Source: an uncultured Actinomycetes bacterium (GTDB taxonomy: Bacteria; Actinomycetota; Actinomycetes; Acidothermales; Acidothermaceae). Taken from it: a stretch of DNA of 40,000 nt. Shown here one piece after another: positions 17,071 through 26,436 of the stretch. The notes under the pieces were generated by a model. The model did not search any database, was not told the origin of the DNA, and saw nothing but the letters and a program-made list of their open reading frames with translations. The position numbers and the translations under genes are program-made. Numbering within the stretch: position 1 is the first letter of the stretch; the number at the start of each line of letters is the position of its first letter. The stretch covers positions 15,632 through 55,631 of the forward strand of contig CAVTTP010000008.1 in the NCBI GenBank assembly GCA_963737705.1, written 5' to 3'.

Positions 17071-18540
17071 GTGCCCCGCCTCCGCTTTCGAGCATCTCGC
17101 GCCGCGCGTCGCGCAGCCTTGGCGTTCACCACGCTCGCGATTGTTGTGGGCGCGATTGGCAGCACCGCGTTGCCGGCGTCTGCCGCGAAGAAGCCGGTGA
17201 TTCCGAGCCAATCACAGATCGACCAGGCGAACGCAGCGGCCCAGTCAAAGGCATCGCAGATCGGCCAGACCGAAGCGCAACTTGCCGCGGCCAATGCAAG
17301 CCTGGACAAGCTCAACAACCAGGTCGAGTCGGTCGTCGAGGCATACGACGGCGCAACGGCGAAGGTCGACGCCGCGCAGCAACAACTTGCAACGGCGCAG
17401 AACAACCTTGCGACGGCAAACAAAGCACGCGCAGATGCGCAGATACAGATGAATCAATTCGCAGCTGCGAGCTATCGCGGCGCAGGTGGTCTCGATCGCC
17501 TCAGTGCACTCATGACATCTGATTCACCCGGCGCGTTCCTCACTCGCGCGTCGACGCTGTCGGCGTTGGCGCGTCACGAACAATCTGTGATCTCGTTGAT
17601 GACATCGACTCAGGATGCGCAAGCCTCAGCCCAGGACGCAGCGAATGCAGCGCTTGCGGATCAGCAAGTGCAGTTGCAGGCCGCCGCGAAAGCCAAGGAC
17701 GCCGCTATTGCTGCGGTCAACGCGCAAGCCGGCCAGATCGCCGCGATCAACGCCAACCAGTTGAACCTCAACGCGCAGCTCGCGGTTTTGCGCGGCACAG
17801 CGAAGGATCTCGCAACTGCCCGTGCGCAGGGGTTGAAGCTGCAGGCGGAGGAAGCTGCGGCAGCCGCGGCAGCCGCGAAGGCGGCGGCAGCACGGGCTGC
17901 GGCAGCTAGGGCCGCCGCAGCCGCTGCCGCGCTGGCCGCACAGAAACGGGCAGCGGCGCTGGCTCAGCAGCAAGCGGCAGCAGCCGCCGCACGCCAAAGC
18001 AGCGGCGCCGGCGTCACGGTTAGCAGTGGTGGCGGTGACGGTGGCAGTGGTGGTGGCAGTGGCAGTGGCGGTGGCGGTGGCTACACCAACAATGGGGGCG
18101 GCATCGTGCCCCCAGGCGGCAAATCGATTTCGACGTCAGCCCAGCGGCAGGAGGCCATCGCGTTCGCCGAGTCGCAGATTGGCGTCTGGTACCGCTGGGC
18201 TGGCGCCGGCGAAATCGGTCCGACCGTGACGTCAACCGGCGTTCAGAAGGTGCCCGGCTACGACTGCTCAGGGCTGACCATGCAGGCCTACGCGGCGGCC
18301 GGCATTTCCCTCGCCCACTACACCGGCGCGCAATGGGACGAGGGACTGCATGTGTCGCAAGCTCAACTGCAGCCCGGCGACCTCGTGTTCTTCGCGACCG
18401 ACACCAATGACCCGAGCACGATTCACCATGTGGGCATCTACATCGGCAACGGTCAGATGGTCGACGCACCGGCGACTGGCGAGCAGATCGGCATCCACAA
18501 TGCGTTTCGCCCCGACTACATCGGCGCAGTTCAGCTGTAG
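17071..18540 (+). CDS. RipA-like secreted peptidoglycan endopeptidase (coiled-coil N-domain, Ala- and Gly-rich linkers, C-terminal NlpC/P60)
   Basis: GTG start with GGAGG 4 nt upstream. Signal peptide ..ALPASAAKKP, followed by Gln/Ala-rich coiled-coil-like repeats. The NlpC/P60 catalytic region is YDCSGLTMQAY...HHVGIYIG. Confidence 0.9.
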   Translation: MPRLRFRASRAARRAALAFTTLAIVVGAIGSTALPASAAKKPVIPSQSQIDQANAAAQSKASQIGQTEAQLAAANASLDKLNNQVESVVEAYDGATAKVDAAQQQLATAQNNLATANKARADAQIQMNQFAAASYRGAGGLDRLSALMTSDSPGAFLTRASTLSALARHEQSVISLMTSTQDAQASAQDAANAALADQQVQLQAAAKAKDAAIAAVNAQAGQIAAINANQLNLNAQLAVLRGTAKDLATARAQGLKLQAEEAAAAAAAAKAAAARAAAARAAAAAAALAAQKRAAALAQQQAAAAAARQSSGAGVTVSSGGGDGGSGGGSGSGGGGGYTNNGGGIVPPGGKSISTSAQRQEAIAFAESQIGVWYRWAGAGEIGPTVTSTGVQKVPGYDCSGLTMQAYAAAGISLAHYTGAQWDEGLHVSQAQLQPGDLVFFATDTNDPSTIHHVGIYIGNGQMVDAPATGEQIGIHNAFRPDYIGAVQL

Positions 18541-18568
18541 CAGTTCAGCTGTAGCAGTTCAGGTGTAG
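18527..18568. repeat. 14-nt tandem repeat x3 (CAGTTCAGCTGTAG); the first copy contains the NlpC/P60 stop codon
   Basis: Units at 18527-18540, 18541-18554 and 18555-18568; the third has one mismatch. Confidence 0.9.
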
Positions 18569-18588
18569 CACTTAGGGCTTAAGAACCG

Positions 18589-19077
18589 TCAGTGCTGAAG
18601 GTTCTTCCAACGGGCACGTGACGCGAGAATCTCGATCTCTGCTTCGGCCCGGTCGGCCCACGTTGCACCCTCGACCGATTTCCCTGGCTCGAGGTCTTTG
18701 TAGACCTCGAAGAAGTGTTGTATCTCCAGCCGGTCAAACGGCGGAACGTCGTTGATGTCGCGCAGGTGGCCATGTCGCGGGTCTGTCGCGGGTACACAGA
18801 GGACCTTGTCGTCGCCGCCCTTTTCATCCGTCATCCGGAACATGCCGATCGCACGGCACTTGATGAGGCAGCCGGGAAAGGTCGGCTCGTCGACGAGCAC
18901 GAGTGCGTCGAGCGGATCACCGTCGTTGCCGAGTGTGTCGTCGATGAAGCCGTAGTCGGACGGATAGCGCGTCGCCGTGAACAACATGCGGTCGAGTCGA
19001 ATGCGACCGGTCTCGTGGTCGAACTCGTACTTGTTGCGATGACCCTTGGGGATCTCGATCGTGACGTCGAACTCCAT
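18589..19077 (-). CDS. ppa: Inorganic pyrophosphatase
   Basis: The internal ATG at 19077 gives a 162-aa protein, [34 protein letters not shown]. This is a family I PPase signature. The longer track ORF adds a non-homologous leader. Confidence 0.93.
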   Translation of the reverse strand: MEFDVTIEIPKGHRNKYEFDHETGRIRLDRMLFTATRYPSDYGFIDDTLGNDGDPLDALVLVDEPTFPGCLIKCRAIGMFRMTDEKGGDDKVLCVPATDPRHGHLRDINDVPPFDRLEIQHFFEVYKDLEPGKSVEGATWADRAEAEIEILASRARWKNLQH

Positions 19078-19140
19078 CGCGCTCCCCTGGTAACGGCGAG
19101 AATCGCCGGCGGCAACCTGTCGTTGGTTAGTGTCGCGCAT

Positions 19141-20664
19141 ATGACGGGCGGACGCAGGCACCCCATGCTGCGCATCGTGCTCGCGGTCGCCTTGGTCGTG
19201 GTGGCGGCTGCGGTTGGTGGCGTTGCCCTATACGCATCGACGTCCGAAGACTCAGGTGGGACGGCGGCGGCTGGCCCCTCGGCGACGCCCGCCGTCGTTA
19301 CTTCGGATCCTTCGAAGACCCCCGCACCGAGCCCCGCCTCGGCCGCAGCTCCGGCCGCAGCTTCGCCTGCTGTGCCTGCGCTTTGGGAACGCGCACCTTC
19401 GCCGGCGCCTTCGGCGTTGCTGCCAGAATCGCTTTCGGCCGCGAACGATCCGTCCACCGCCGCGCTGACGGCGGCGCTCACTCCGCCCCTTGCCGACCGT
19501 GCGTTTGCTGGCGACGACGTCGCGATGCTGGTCACCGACGCTGCGAGTGGGCGGGTGCTGTTTGACCACGACAGCGCGGATTCCGTTCCGCCGGCCTCCA
19601 CTGCGAAGCTCGCGGTTGCGGTGGCCGCGTTGCAGGTGCTCGGGCCAGACGCGCAGCTCACGACGCGGGTCGTGCAGACGGGGCGCAGCGCTGTCGTGCT
19701 CGTCGGTGGGGGGGATCCGACACTGTCCGGGCCTGCAGCCGTTGGGCCAGTGAGCCCCGGCTATCCGACGCCGGCGAGCCTTACCGTCCTCGCTGAACAA
19801 ACAGCATCAGGGTTGCTCGCGCACGGGACGACCACGATCACCGTTGGTTACGACGCTTCTCTGTTCGCCGGGGCGACGCTGGCCCCGGGGTGGAAGCCGA
19901 TTTACCAAACCGAGGGCGACGTCTCCCCAGTGTCAGCACTTGAAGTCGATGAGGGACATCCCAATCCGGCCGCGACGGCGACCGCCGCGGACCCGGCGGC
20001 AGTCGCCGCAGCGGAGTTTGCCGCGTTGGTGTCCAGCGACGGGGTCAAGGTCACAGGCGTGCCTGCGGCCGCTAGCGCCGCCTCCCCTCCGGGTGGCAAC
20101 CCGAGACCAGTAGTTGCCAGCGTTGCGTCCCCACCGATTTCGGAACTCGTTCAGCGAATGCTGGAACGCAGCGACAACGACCTCGCCGAAGCGCTGTCCC
20201 GTCAGGTCGCGATTGCGGCGGGGCACCCCGCCACCTTCGCCGGTGGCGTCGCCGCGGTGAAGGCCGCGATCGCCAGTCTCGGTGTCGATCCGTCGGGGCT
20301 CGCGACCGTCGATGCCAGCGGGCTCTCGCCGCTCGACCGCGTCACGCCTGCGACGCTGGTGGCGTTGCTTCGGCTCGCGATCGTGCCGGGCCACGACCGG
20401 CTGGCGCCGATCCTTTCTGGGCTGCCGGTCGCGGGGTTCTCTGGAACCTTGAGTGGCCGGTTCGGCGGTCTCGCAGCTGCCGGTGCTGGGGTGATCAGGG
20501 CAAAGACCGGCACCTTGGATGGTGTCGTCGCACTCGCGGGTTACCTCCAAGACAGCAGCGGTGCGACGTTGGTGTTCGCGACGGTTGTGACCGGGGTGGC
20601 CACGACCGCGACTGTCGCCACCGAGGCTGCGGTCGACCGGCTGACGGCAAGTCTCGTACCGTAG
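19141..20664 (+). CDS. dacB: D-alanyl-D-alanine carboxypeptidase/endopeptidase (PBP4, S13 family)
   Basis: TM/signal sequence [17 protein letters not shown], with SxxK (ASTAKL), SxN (SDN) and KTG (AKTGTL) motifs. The start is ATG 19141 or ATG 19165. The upstream track ORF extension is antisense to ppa. Confidence 0.88.
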   Translation: MTGGRRHPMLRIVLAVALVVVAAAVGGVALYASTSEDSGGTAAAGPSATPAVVTSDPSKTPAPSPASAAAPAAASPAVPALWERAPSPAPSALLPESLSAANDPSTAALTAALTPPLADRAFAGDDVAMLVTDAASGRVLFDHDSADSVPPASTAKLAVAVAALQVLGPDAQLTTRVVQTGRSAVVLVGGGDPTLSGPAAVGPVSPGYPTPASLTVLAEQTASGLLAHGTTTITVGYDASLFAGATLAPGWKPIYQTEGDVSPVSALEVDEGHPNPAATATAADPAAVAAAEFAALVSSDGVKVTGVPAAASAASPPGGNPRPVVASVASPPISELVQRMLERSDNDLAEALSRQVAIAAGHPATFAGGVAAVKAAIASLGVDPSGLATVDASGLSPLDRVTPATLVALLRLAIVPGHDRLAPILSGLPVAGFSGTLSGRFGGLAAAGAGVIRAKTGTLDGVVALAGYLQDSSGATLVFATVVTGVATTATVATEAAVDRLTASLVP

Positions 20665-20668
20665 GGCC

Positions 20669-21838
20669 ATGACCGACACTCTGCGGCTCGTCGACTGGGA
20701 TCTCGCCACTGCGACAGCTAGCAGGTTCGCGCCGCGAGGTCCGAGCGTCAGCAGGCCGGAGGCTTTCGAGGCGGTCCGACAGCTGCGGCTGCTCGCGGTC
20801 GAGGCGCAGGATCACGTGGCCGCGTTTACCGGGCTATCGGCGCCGTACCCGCATGAGCCCGCGTTTGTCGCGGACCGAACCGCCTGGATCGAAGGCAACG
20901 TCGGCGGGTTCCAGGTCGTCATGCAGCCGCTGCTCGACAAGATGGCCGCGAAGCAGGCAGGCAAGGTCGGCGCGCCGGTTGTCAGCGCGCTTGGATCCCG
21001 AGTGACAGGGATGCAGGTCGGTCTCTTGCTCGCTTACCTTTCGGGCAAGGTGCTCGGTCAGTACGAGTTGTTCCTGCCGCCCCAAGACGGCCAGGCGCGC
21101 GACGGACGGCTGACGCTGGTGGCGCCGAATATCGTCGCCGCGGAACGCCAACTCAACGTCGACCCTCGCGATTTCAGGCTGTGGGTTTGCGTGCATGAGG
21201 TGACGCACCAAACCCAGTTCACCGCGGTGCGGTGGCTGCGGGCGCATCTGCACGACGAGATCAGCGCGTTCCTGCTGGCCAGCGATCTCGATCCGTCCGC
21301 AATGCTGGCTCGGTTGCGTGACGTCGCCGAGGCAGTGCGCGACAACATGCGGCGGCACGGGACGCCGACCGGTGACGATGAGGCAGAGGGACTGAGCTTC
21401 CTCGAAGCGGTGCAAAACCCTGAGCAGCGCGCGATCCTCAACCGGCTGACCGCAGTGATGACGCTGCTCGAGGGGCACGGCGAGTACGTGATGAACGGCG
21501 TCGGCCCGTCGGTGATCCCGACTGTCGAGGAGATCGGCGCGAAGTTTGCCGAGCGCCGGCGCGGCCAGGGCCCGGCCGACCGTATCGTGCGCAAGTTGTT
21601 CGGCCTCGACATGAAAGCCAGGCAGTACGCCGACGGAGCAGCGTTCGTCCGAGCGGTTGTCGAACGGGCCGGGATGCCCGCGTTCAACCGGGTCTGGACG
21701 TCGCCAAACACGCTCCCGACCAAGGCGGAAATCGCCAAGCCGGAGTTGTGGATGTCGCGCGTGCTGCGGACCTCTGCTGAAGACGCCGGCGCGGGCGATA
21801 CCTCTGTCGGGGACGCTGGCCAGGGTGACGGCGAGTAA
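20669..21838 (+). CDS. Zinc-dependent metalloprotease, DUF2342 family (Rv3626c-like)
   Basis: 389-aa ORF with an HEVTHQTQF (HExxH) motif and a downstream EGHGEYVM. It has conserved synteny between dacB and tilS. Confidence 0.85.
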   Translation: MTDTLRLVDWDLATATASRFAPRGPSVSRPEAFEAVRQLRLLAVEAQDHVAAFTGLSAPYPHEPAFVADRTAWIEGNVGGFQVVMQPLLDKMAAKQAGKVGAPVVSALGSRVTGMQVGLLLAYLSGKVLGQYELFLPPQDGQARDGRLTLVAPNIVAAERQLNVDPRDFRLWVCVHEVTHQTQFTAVRWLRAHLHDEISAFLLASDLDPSAMLARLRDVAEAVRDNMRRHGTPTGDDEAEGLSFLEAVQNPEQRAILNRLTAVMTLLEGHGEYVMNGVGPSVIPTVEEIGAKFAERRRGQGPADRIVRKLFGLDMKARQYADGAAFVRAVVERAGMPAFNRVWTSPNTLPTKAEIAKPELWMSRVLRTSAEDAGAGDTSVGDAGQGDGE

Positions 21839-22874
21839 GGCCGAACGCAGACCGGCAGGCCCGACTGTGGCGGTTGCCGCCGTCCGGTGCGCCGTCCGTG
21901 AAGCCCTTGCCGGGCTCGGCGCTGATTCGTTGGTGCTGGTCGCGTGTAGTGGCGGCGCAGACTCTGTCGCACTCGCCGCAGCGGCTGCCTTCGAGGGGCC
22001 GCGGCTTGGCCTGCGGGTGGGCGGCGTCACGGTCGACCACGGGATGCAGAAGGGCTCGGCCGGCCGGGCGGCAACTGTCGCCGCGGTGCTGCTCGGGCTC
22101 GGGCTCGAGCCGGTCGACGTGGTTGCGGTCGATGTCTCGCTGCATGCCGGCGGTCCTGAGGCAGCTGCGCGCGCGGCTCGTTATGGCGCACTCGACGCGG
22201 TGGCAGATCGGCTGCACGCCGCCGCTGTCCTCGTCGGTCACACCCTCGACGACCAGGCAGAGACCGTGCTGCTCGGTCTGGCTCGTGGCTCTGGGACGAG
22301 GTCGCTGGCCGGGATGGCGGCCGTCAGCGGCAGTCCTGTCGGAGCGCAGGCAGCCGGCGCCCGCTATCGGCGTCCCCTCTTAGGGGTTGGACGGGCCGTC
22401 ACTCAGGCAGCCTGCGCCGACCTCGGGCTGCCGGTCTGGGACGACCCGCAAAACGGCGACCCTTCGTTTGCCAGGGTTCGGGTGCGGGCCGACGTGTTGC
22501 CGGTGCTCGAGGCGGCGCTTGGCCCCGGGGTGGCTGCCGCGCTTGCTCGCACCGCCGAACTCGCCCGCGACGACGCCGACGCGCTCGACCAATGGGCGGC
22601 GGCCAGCCACGCCGAAATGGTCGAAACGGCGGACGTCGACGGCTCGCTCGACGTTGCCGTCCTCGCGTCGCTCCCGCCTGCTGTGCGCAGGCGGGTGCTG
22701 CGGCTCGCAACGCTTCGAGCCGGGGTAACGGCGGGCAGCTTGGCCGCCGTCCATCTGCTGGCGATCGAGGCGCTGGTCACGGACTGGCACGGACAAGGCG
22801 CTGTCAGCCTGCCGGGCGGCCAAAGCGCCAGCCGGCGGTATGGGAAGCTCTACGTCGGTACAGACCTGCATTAG
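21825..22874 (+). CDS. tilS: tRNA(Ile)-lysidine synthase
   Basis: PP-loop motif [16 protein letters not shown] 21825 overlaps the end of the upstream gene. The start is uncertain by a few codons. Confidence 0.88.
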   Translation: MTASKAERRPAGPTVAVAAVRCAVREALAGLGADSLVLVACSGGADSVALAAAAAFEGPRLGLRVGGVTVDHGMQKGSAGRAATVAAVLLGLGLEPVDVVAVDVSLHAGGPEAAARAARYGALDAVADRLHAAAVLVGHTLDDQAETVLLGLARGSGTRSLAGMAAVSGSPVGAQAAGARYRRPLLGVGRAVTQAACADLGLPVWDDPQNGDPSFARVRVRADVLPVLEAALGPGVAAALARTAELARDDADALDQWAAASHAEMVETADVDGSLDVAVLASLPPAVRRRVLRLATLRAGVTAGSLAAVHLLAIEALVTDWHGQGAVSLPGGQSASRRYGKLYVGTDLH

Positions 22875-22901
22875 CGACTGCTCGTCGAGGGGCGCACCCG
22901 G

Positions 22902-23459
22902 GTGGATCAGTTTGACGTCAGCGACGACTTGTCCGGGATTTTGCTGAGCGAGAAGGAAATTCAGGCCAAGGTCGTCGAGATGGCGGCCGCCATCGACGCC
23001 GACTATGCGGGTAAAGAGCTGCTACTCGTGGGCGTCCTGAAGGGCGCGGTCATGGTGATGGCAGACCTCGCGAGAGCGATCCACCTGCCCATCACGGTCG
23101 ACTTCATGGCGGTCTCGTCGTACGGCTCGGGCGGCTCGTCTTCTGGGGTCGTGCGGATTCTGAAGGACCTCGACCACGGCATCGACGGGCTGAACGTGCT
23201 GGTCGTCGAGGACATCGTCGACTCAGGGCTCACGCTCTCGTGGCTGGTGGCCAACCTGCGCTCGCGTGGCCCCGCCTCTGTCGAGGTGTGCGCGCTGATG
23301 CGCAAGCCAGATGCCGTCAAGCAGGACGTCGATGTGCGCTATCTCGGCTTCGACATTCCCCGTGATTTTGTTGTTGGGTACGGGCTCGACTATGCCGAGA
23401 AGTACCGCAACCTGCCGTTCGTCGCGACCCTCAAGCGTTCGGTCTACGACCCTCAATAG
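22902..23459 (+). CDS. hpt: Hypoxanthine phosphoribosyltransferase
   Basis: 185-aa ORF with PRPP-binding motif [13 protein letters not shown] and a conserved GYGLDY..YRNLP C-terminus. Confidence 0.93.
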   Translation: MDQFDVSDDLSGILLSEKEIQAKVVEMAAAIDADYAGKELLLVGVLKGAVMVMADLARAIHLPITVDFMAVSSYGSGGSSSGVVRILKDLDHGIDGLNVLVVEDIVDSGLTLSWLVANLRSRGPASVEVCALMRKPDAVKQDVDVRYLGFDIPRDFVVGYGLDYAEKYRNLPFVATLKRSVYDPQ

Positions 23460-23633
23460 GGGTGCAGTGCTGCACTCACCAGGGGTGCCGTGGGAACGAC
23501 CGAGGCCCGTTAGGGGTTATGCAGTCGGCGGCGAGTGTGCCCTGGGCATTCGGCTGTGGGTGAACGCATTGCCCGCGGTGTACCGTCGAGGGTGGTACGA
23601 GATGTCGGTAGCGCGTCGATTCGGTAGGAGGGA

Positions 23634-23649
23634 CGGAGCTTTCGCTCCG
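23634..23649 (+). promoter_or_regulatory. Hairpin CGGAGC-tttc-GCTCCG between an AGGAGGG SD-like element and the ftsH start codon
   Basis: Read directly. The SD-like element is at 23626-23632 and the ATG at 23655, leaving a 22-nt gap. The hairpin occupies 16 nt of that gap. Confidence 0.4.
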
Positions 23650-23654
23650 CATCC

Positions 23655-25751
23655 ATGAACGTGAAACGGTATGCCCGTGGCCCGTTGTTCTGGGTCCTTC
23701 TTATTGTCGTGTTCCTCGTTCTGCTGAACGGACTGTGGAGCAGCGGCAGTTCCTACCGGTCGGTGTCGACGTCTCAGGTCGTAGCCAACATCGCGTCCGG
23801 CAACGTGACCCAGGCGGTGTTCCACGACAAGGAACAGACCGTCCAACTAACGCTGAAGACGCCCATTGCGGGGAAGAACCCGACCACCAAGATCCAGGCT
23901 TCGATCGCGCCCGACCAGGAGCTCCAGCTCGAGAACCAACTCGACGCGGTTGCGGCCCAAAAGAAGCTCGACCCCACGAAGCTCTACACCGTCAAGGTCA
24001 GCCACACGAGCCTGCTGCTCGAGATCCTGCTCAACGCGTTGCCGATCCTGCTGCTCGTCGGCCTGATGATCTTCATGTTGACTCAGATGCAGGGTGGCGG
24101 CTCGCGGGTCATGAACTTCGGGAAGTCCAAGGCCAAGCTCATCAGCAAGGACACCCCGAAGACCACGTTCGCTGACGTTGCCGGTGCTGACGAGGCGATC
24201 GAAGAGTTGGTCGAGATCAAGGAGTTCCTGGAGAATCCGGCCAAGTTCCAGGCGATCGGCGCGAAGATCCCCAAGGGCGTGCTGCTGTACGGCCCTCCCG
24301 GCACCGGTAAGACGTTGCTGGCGCGTGCCGTCGCTGGCGAGGCCGGCGTCCCGTTCTACTCGATTTCTGGCTCCGACTTCGTCGAGATGTTCGTCGGTGT
24401 GGGTGCCTCGCGCGTGCGCGACCTGTTCACCCAGGCGAAGGAGAATGCCCCGGCGATCATCTTCATCGACGAGATCGACGCAGTTGGTCGACACCGCGGC
24501 GCAGGGCTCGGCGGTGGCCACGACGAGCGCGAGCAGACGCTGAACCAGCTGCTGGTCGAGATGGACGGCTTCGACGTCAAGGGCGGCGTGATTTTGATCG
24601 CCGCTACCAACCGACCCGACATCCTCGACCCGGCGCTGCTGCGTCCCGGTCGCTTCGACCGCCAGATCGTCGTCGACCGCCCCGACATGGAAGGCCGCAA
24701 GGGCATCCTGCGGGTACACGCCAAGGGCAAGCCGTTCGAGGGCGACGTCGACCTCGACGTCATCGCGCGCCGCACCCCGGGGTTCACCGGCGCTGACCTC
24801 GCGAACGTCATCAACGAGGCCGCACTGCTCACCGCACGCCACGACCGCAAGCAGATCGACATGCTCACCCTTGAAGAGGCCATCGATCGCGTCATGGCCG
24901 GCCCTGAGCGCAAGAGCCGCATCATGGGTGAGAAGGAAAAGAAGATCATCGCCTACCACGAGGGTGGTCACGCCCTCGTCGGTCACGCGCTGCCGAACGC
25001 CGACCCCGTGCACAAGGTGACCATCCTGCCGCGCGGTCGCGCGCTCGGTTACACGCTCTCGCTGCCGACCGAAGACAAGTTCCTGGTCACCCGCGCGGAG
25101 ATGATGGACCAACTCGCAATGCTGCTTGGCGGTCGCACTGCCGAGGAGCTCGTCTTCCACGAGCCCACGACCGGTGCCGCGAACGACATCGAGAAGGCGA
25201 CGTCGATCGCACGCAACATGATCACCCAGTACGGCATGAGCGAGAAGCTCGGCGCCCGCAAGTTCGGTCAGGAGAACGGGGAGGTCTTCCTCGGTCGCGA
25301 CATGGGGCACCAGCGCGACTACTCCGAGGAGATCGCTTCCACGATCGACGACGAAGTGCGCCGGCTCATCGAGAGCTCGCACGATGAGGCCTGGGAAATC
25401 CTGGTCGAATACCGCGACGTGCTCGACGACCTTGTGCTCGAGTTGATGGAGAAGGAGACGCTGCAAAAGGACGAGGTGCTGCGGATTTTCGCCCGCGTCC
25501 AGAAGCGCCCGCACCGCGGCTCGTACACCGGCTACGGCAAGCGCCAGCCGTCGGACAAGGCGCCCGTGATGACGCCCCGCGAAGTCGCCGTCCTGGCATC
25601 CGGTGGCGCCGACCCCGGACACAGCAACGGCGTTTCTTCCAACGGCGGATCAGGTACTGCGATCCATTCCGACTCTGACCCGGTCGTCGACGGTTCCTCG
25701 TTTGACGGCCCGCCGCCGTCGACATTTGACGGCCCGCCTTCGGCGATTTGA
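23655..25751 (+). CDS. ftsH: ATP-dependent zinc metalloprotease FtsH
   Basis: 698 aa with two N-terminal TM segments, Walker A GPPGTGKT, an AAA second region of homology and the HEGGH zinc site. The Gly/Ser/Pro-rich tail contains a duplicated FDGPP segment. Confidence 0.97.
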   Translation: MNVKRYARGPLFWVLLIVVFLVLLNGLWSSGSSYRSVSTSQVVANIASGNVTQAVFHDKEQTVQLTLKTPIAGKNPTTKIQASIAPDQELQLENQLDAVAAQKKLDPTKLYTVKVSHTSLLLEILLNALPILLLVGLMIFMLTQMQGGGSRVMNFGKSKAKLISKDTPKTTFADVAGADEAIEELVEIKEFLENPAKFQAIGAKIPKGVLLYGPPGTGKTLLARAVAGEAGVPFYSISGSDFVEMFVGVGASRVRDLFTQAKENAPAIIFIDEIDAVGRHRGAGLGGGHDEREQTLNQLLVEMDGFDVKGGVILIAATNRPDILDPALLRPGRFDRQIVVDRPDMEGRKGILRVHAKGKPFEGDVDLDVIARRTPGFTGADLANVINEAALLTARHDRKQIDMLTLEEAIDRVMAGPERKSRIMGEKEKKIIAYHEGGHALVGHALPNADPVHKVTILPRGRALGYTLSLPTEDKFLVTRAEMMDQLAMLLGGRTAEELVFHEPTTGAANDIEKATSIARNMITQYGMSEKLGARKFGQENGEVFLGRDMGHQRDYSEEIASTIDDEVRRLIESSHDEAWEILVEYRDVLDDLVLELMEKETLQKDEVLRIFARVQKRPHRGSYTGYGKRQPSDKAPVMTPREVAVLASGGADPGHSNGVSSNGGSGTAIHSDSDPVVDGSSFDGPPPSTFDGPPSAI

Positions 25752-26371
25752 CCCGGGTGACTGACCAGCACGACAGCACCACGGTCAACTCCACAATCGA
25801 CTCCACTGTCGATTTGCCGAGGATCGAGGCGGCTGTCCACGAGATTCTCATCGCCATCGGTGAGGATCCGACCCGCGACGGATTGGCAAAGACTCCGGCG
25901 CGGGTGGCCCGTGCGATGGCCGAGCAGTTCGCCGGGCTGGCGCAGCGTCCTTCGGACGTGCTCACGACGGTGTTCGATGCCGACCACGACGAGATGATCA
26001 TCGTCAAGGACATCGAGGTCTACAGCACCTGCGAGCACCACCTCGTTCCGTTCCACGGGGTCGCCCACGTCGGCTACATCCCCAACGTCAAAGGCGAGAT
26101 CACCGGGCTGTCGAAAATTGCCCGGGTGGTCGACCTCTTTGCGAAGCGCCCCCAGGTGCAAGAGCGGTTGACGTCGCAGATTGCCGATGCCATGCAGGAG
26201 ATCCTCGATCCGCGAGGGGTCATCGTCGTGGTCGAGTGCGAACACCTGTGCATGTCCATGCGAGGGGTTCGCAAGCCCGGTGCCCGGACGGTCACCTCGG
26301 CTGTCCGTGGCGCATTTCGGGACTCAGACCGGACGAGGGCGGAAGCACTGCGCTTAATTGCGGGTCGCTGA
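25748..26371 (+). CDS. folE: GTP cyclohydrolase I
   Basis: Motifs [10 protein letters not shown] and [14 protein letters not shown]. The TTG start overlaps the ftsH stop; GTG 25757 is an alternative start. Confidence 0.93.
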   Translation: MTRVTDQHDSTTVNSTIDSTVDLPRIEAAVHEILIAIGEDPTRDGLAKTPARVARAMAEQFAGLAQRPSDVLTTVFDADHDEMIIVKDIEVYSTCEHHLVPFHGVAHVGYIPNVKGEITGLSKIARVVDLFAKRPQVQERLTSQIADAMQEILDPRGVIVVVECEHLCMSMRGVRKPGARTVTSAVRGAFRDSDRTRAEALRLIAGR

Positions 26372-26436
26372 CACGGCAGCGTAATTACGGGTCGACGACC
26401 CGCCTGTGCAAGCCTCGCCCCGCCTACTCTTGAGTT

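Noticed and set aside
17062-17080. IdeR iron-box-like sequence GGAGGTTAGGTGCCCCGCC at the NlpC/P60 start
   Set aside because: Only the left half (AGGTTAGG) matches the 19-bp consensus TTAGGTTAGGCTAACCTAA and the right half does not. The match is better explained as the SD plus the start codon.
16940-17200. Small ORFs in the NlpC/P60 leader, for example a 30-codon ATG ORF around 16955-17047 and track ORF 16940..17200
   Set aside because: Their third codon positions are T/A-rich, unlike genuine genes here. They have no SD and no recognisable sequence.
23847-25622. 591-aa antisense ORF opposite ftsH. The same kind of ORF occurs at 14845..16278, 35139..36476, 10456..11793, 20834..22030, 6526..7692 and 8496..9824.
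   Set aside because: All are mirror-frame ORFs of well-supported genes with low-complexity Arg/Gly/Asp-rich sequence and no motifs. They are high-GC artefacts.
26388-26402. Palindrome CGGGTCG-a-CGACCCG after folE as an intrinsic terminator
   Set aside because: The stem is short with an almost absent loop and no U-tract, so I cannot support it as a terminator. It is mentioned only as context for the MprF-like gene.
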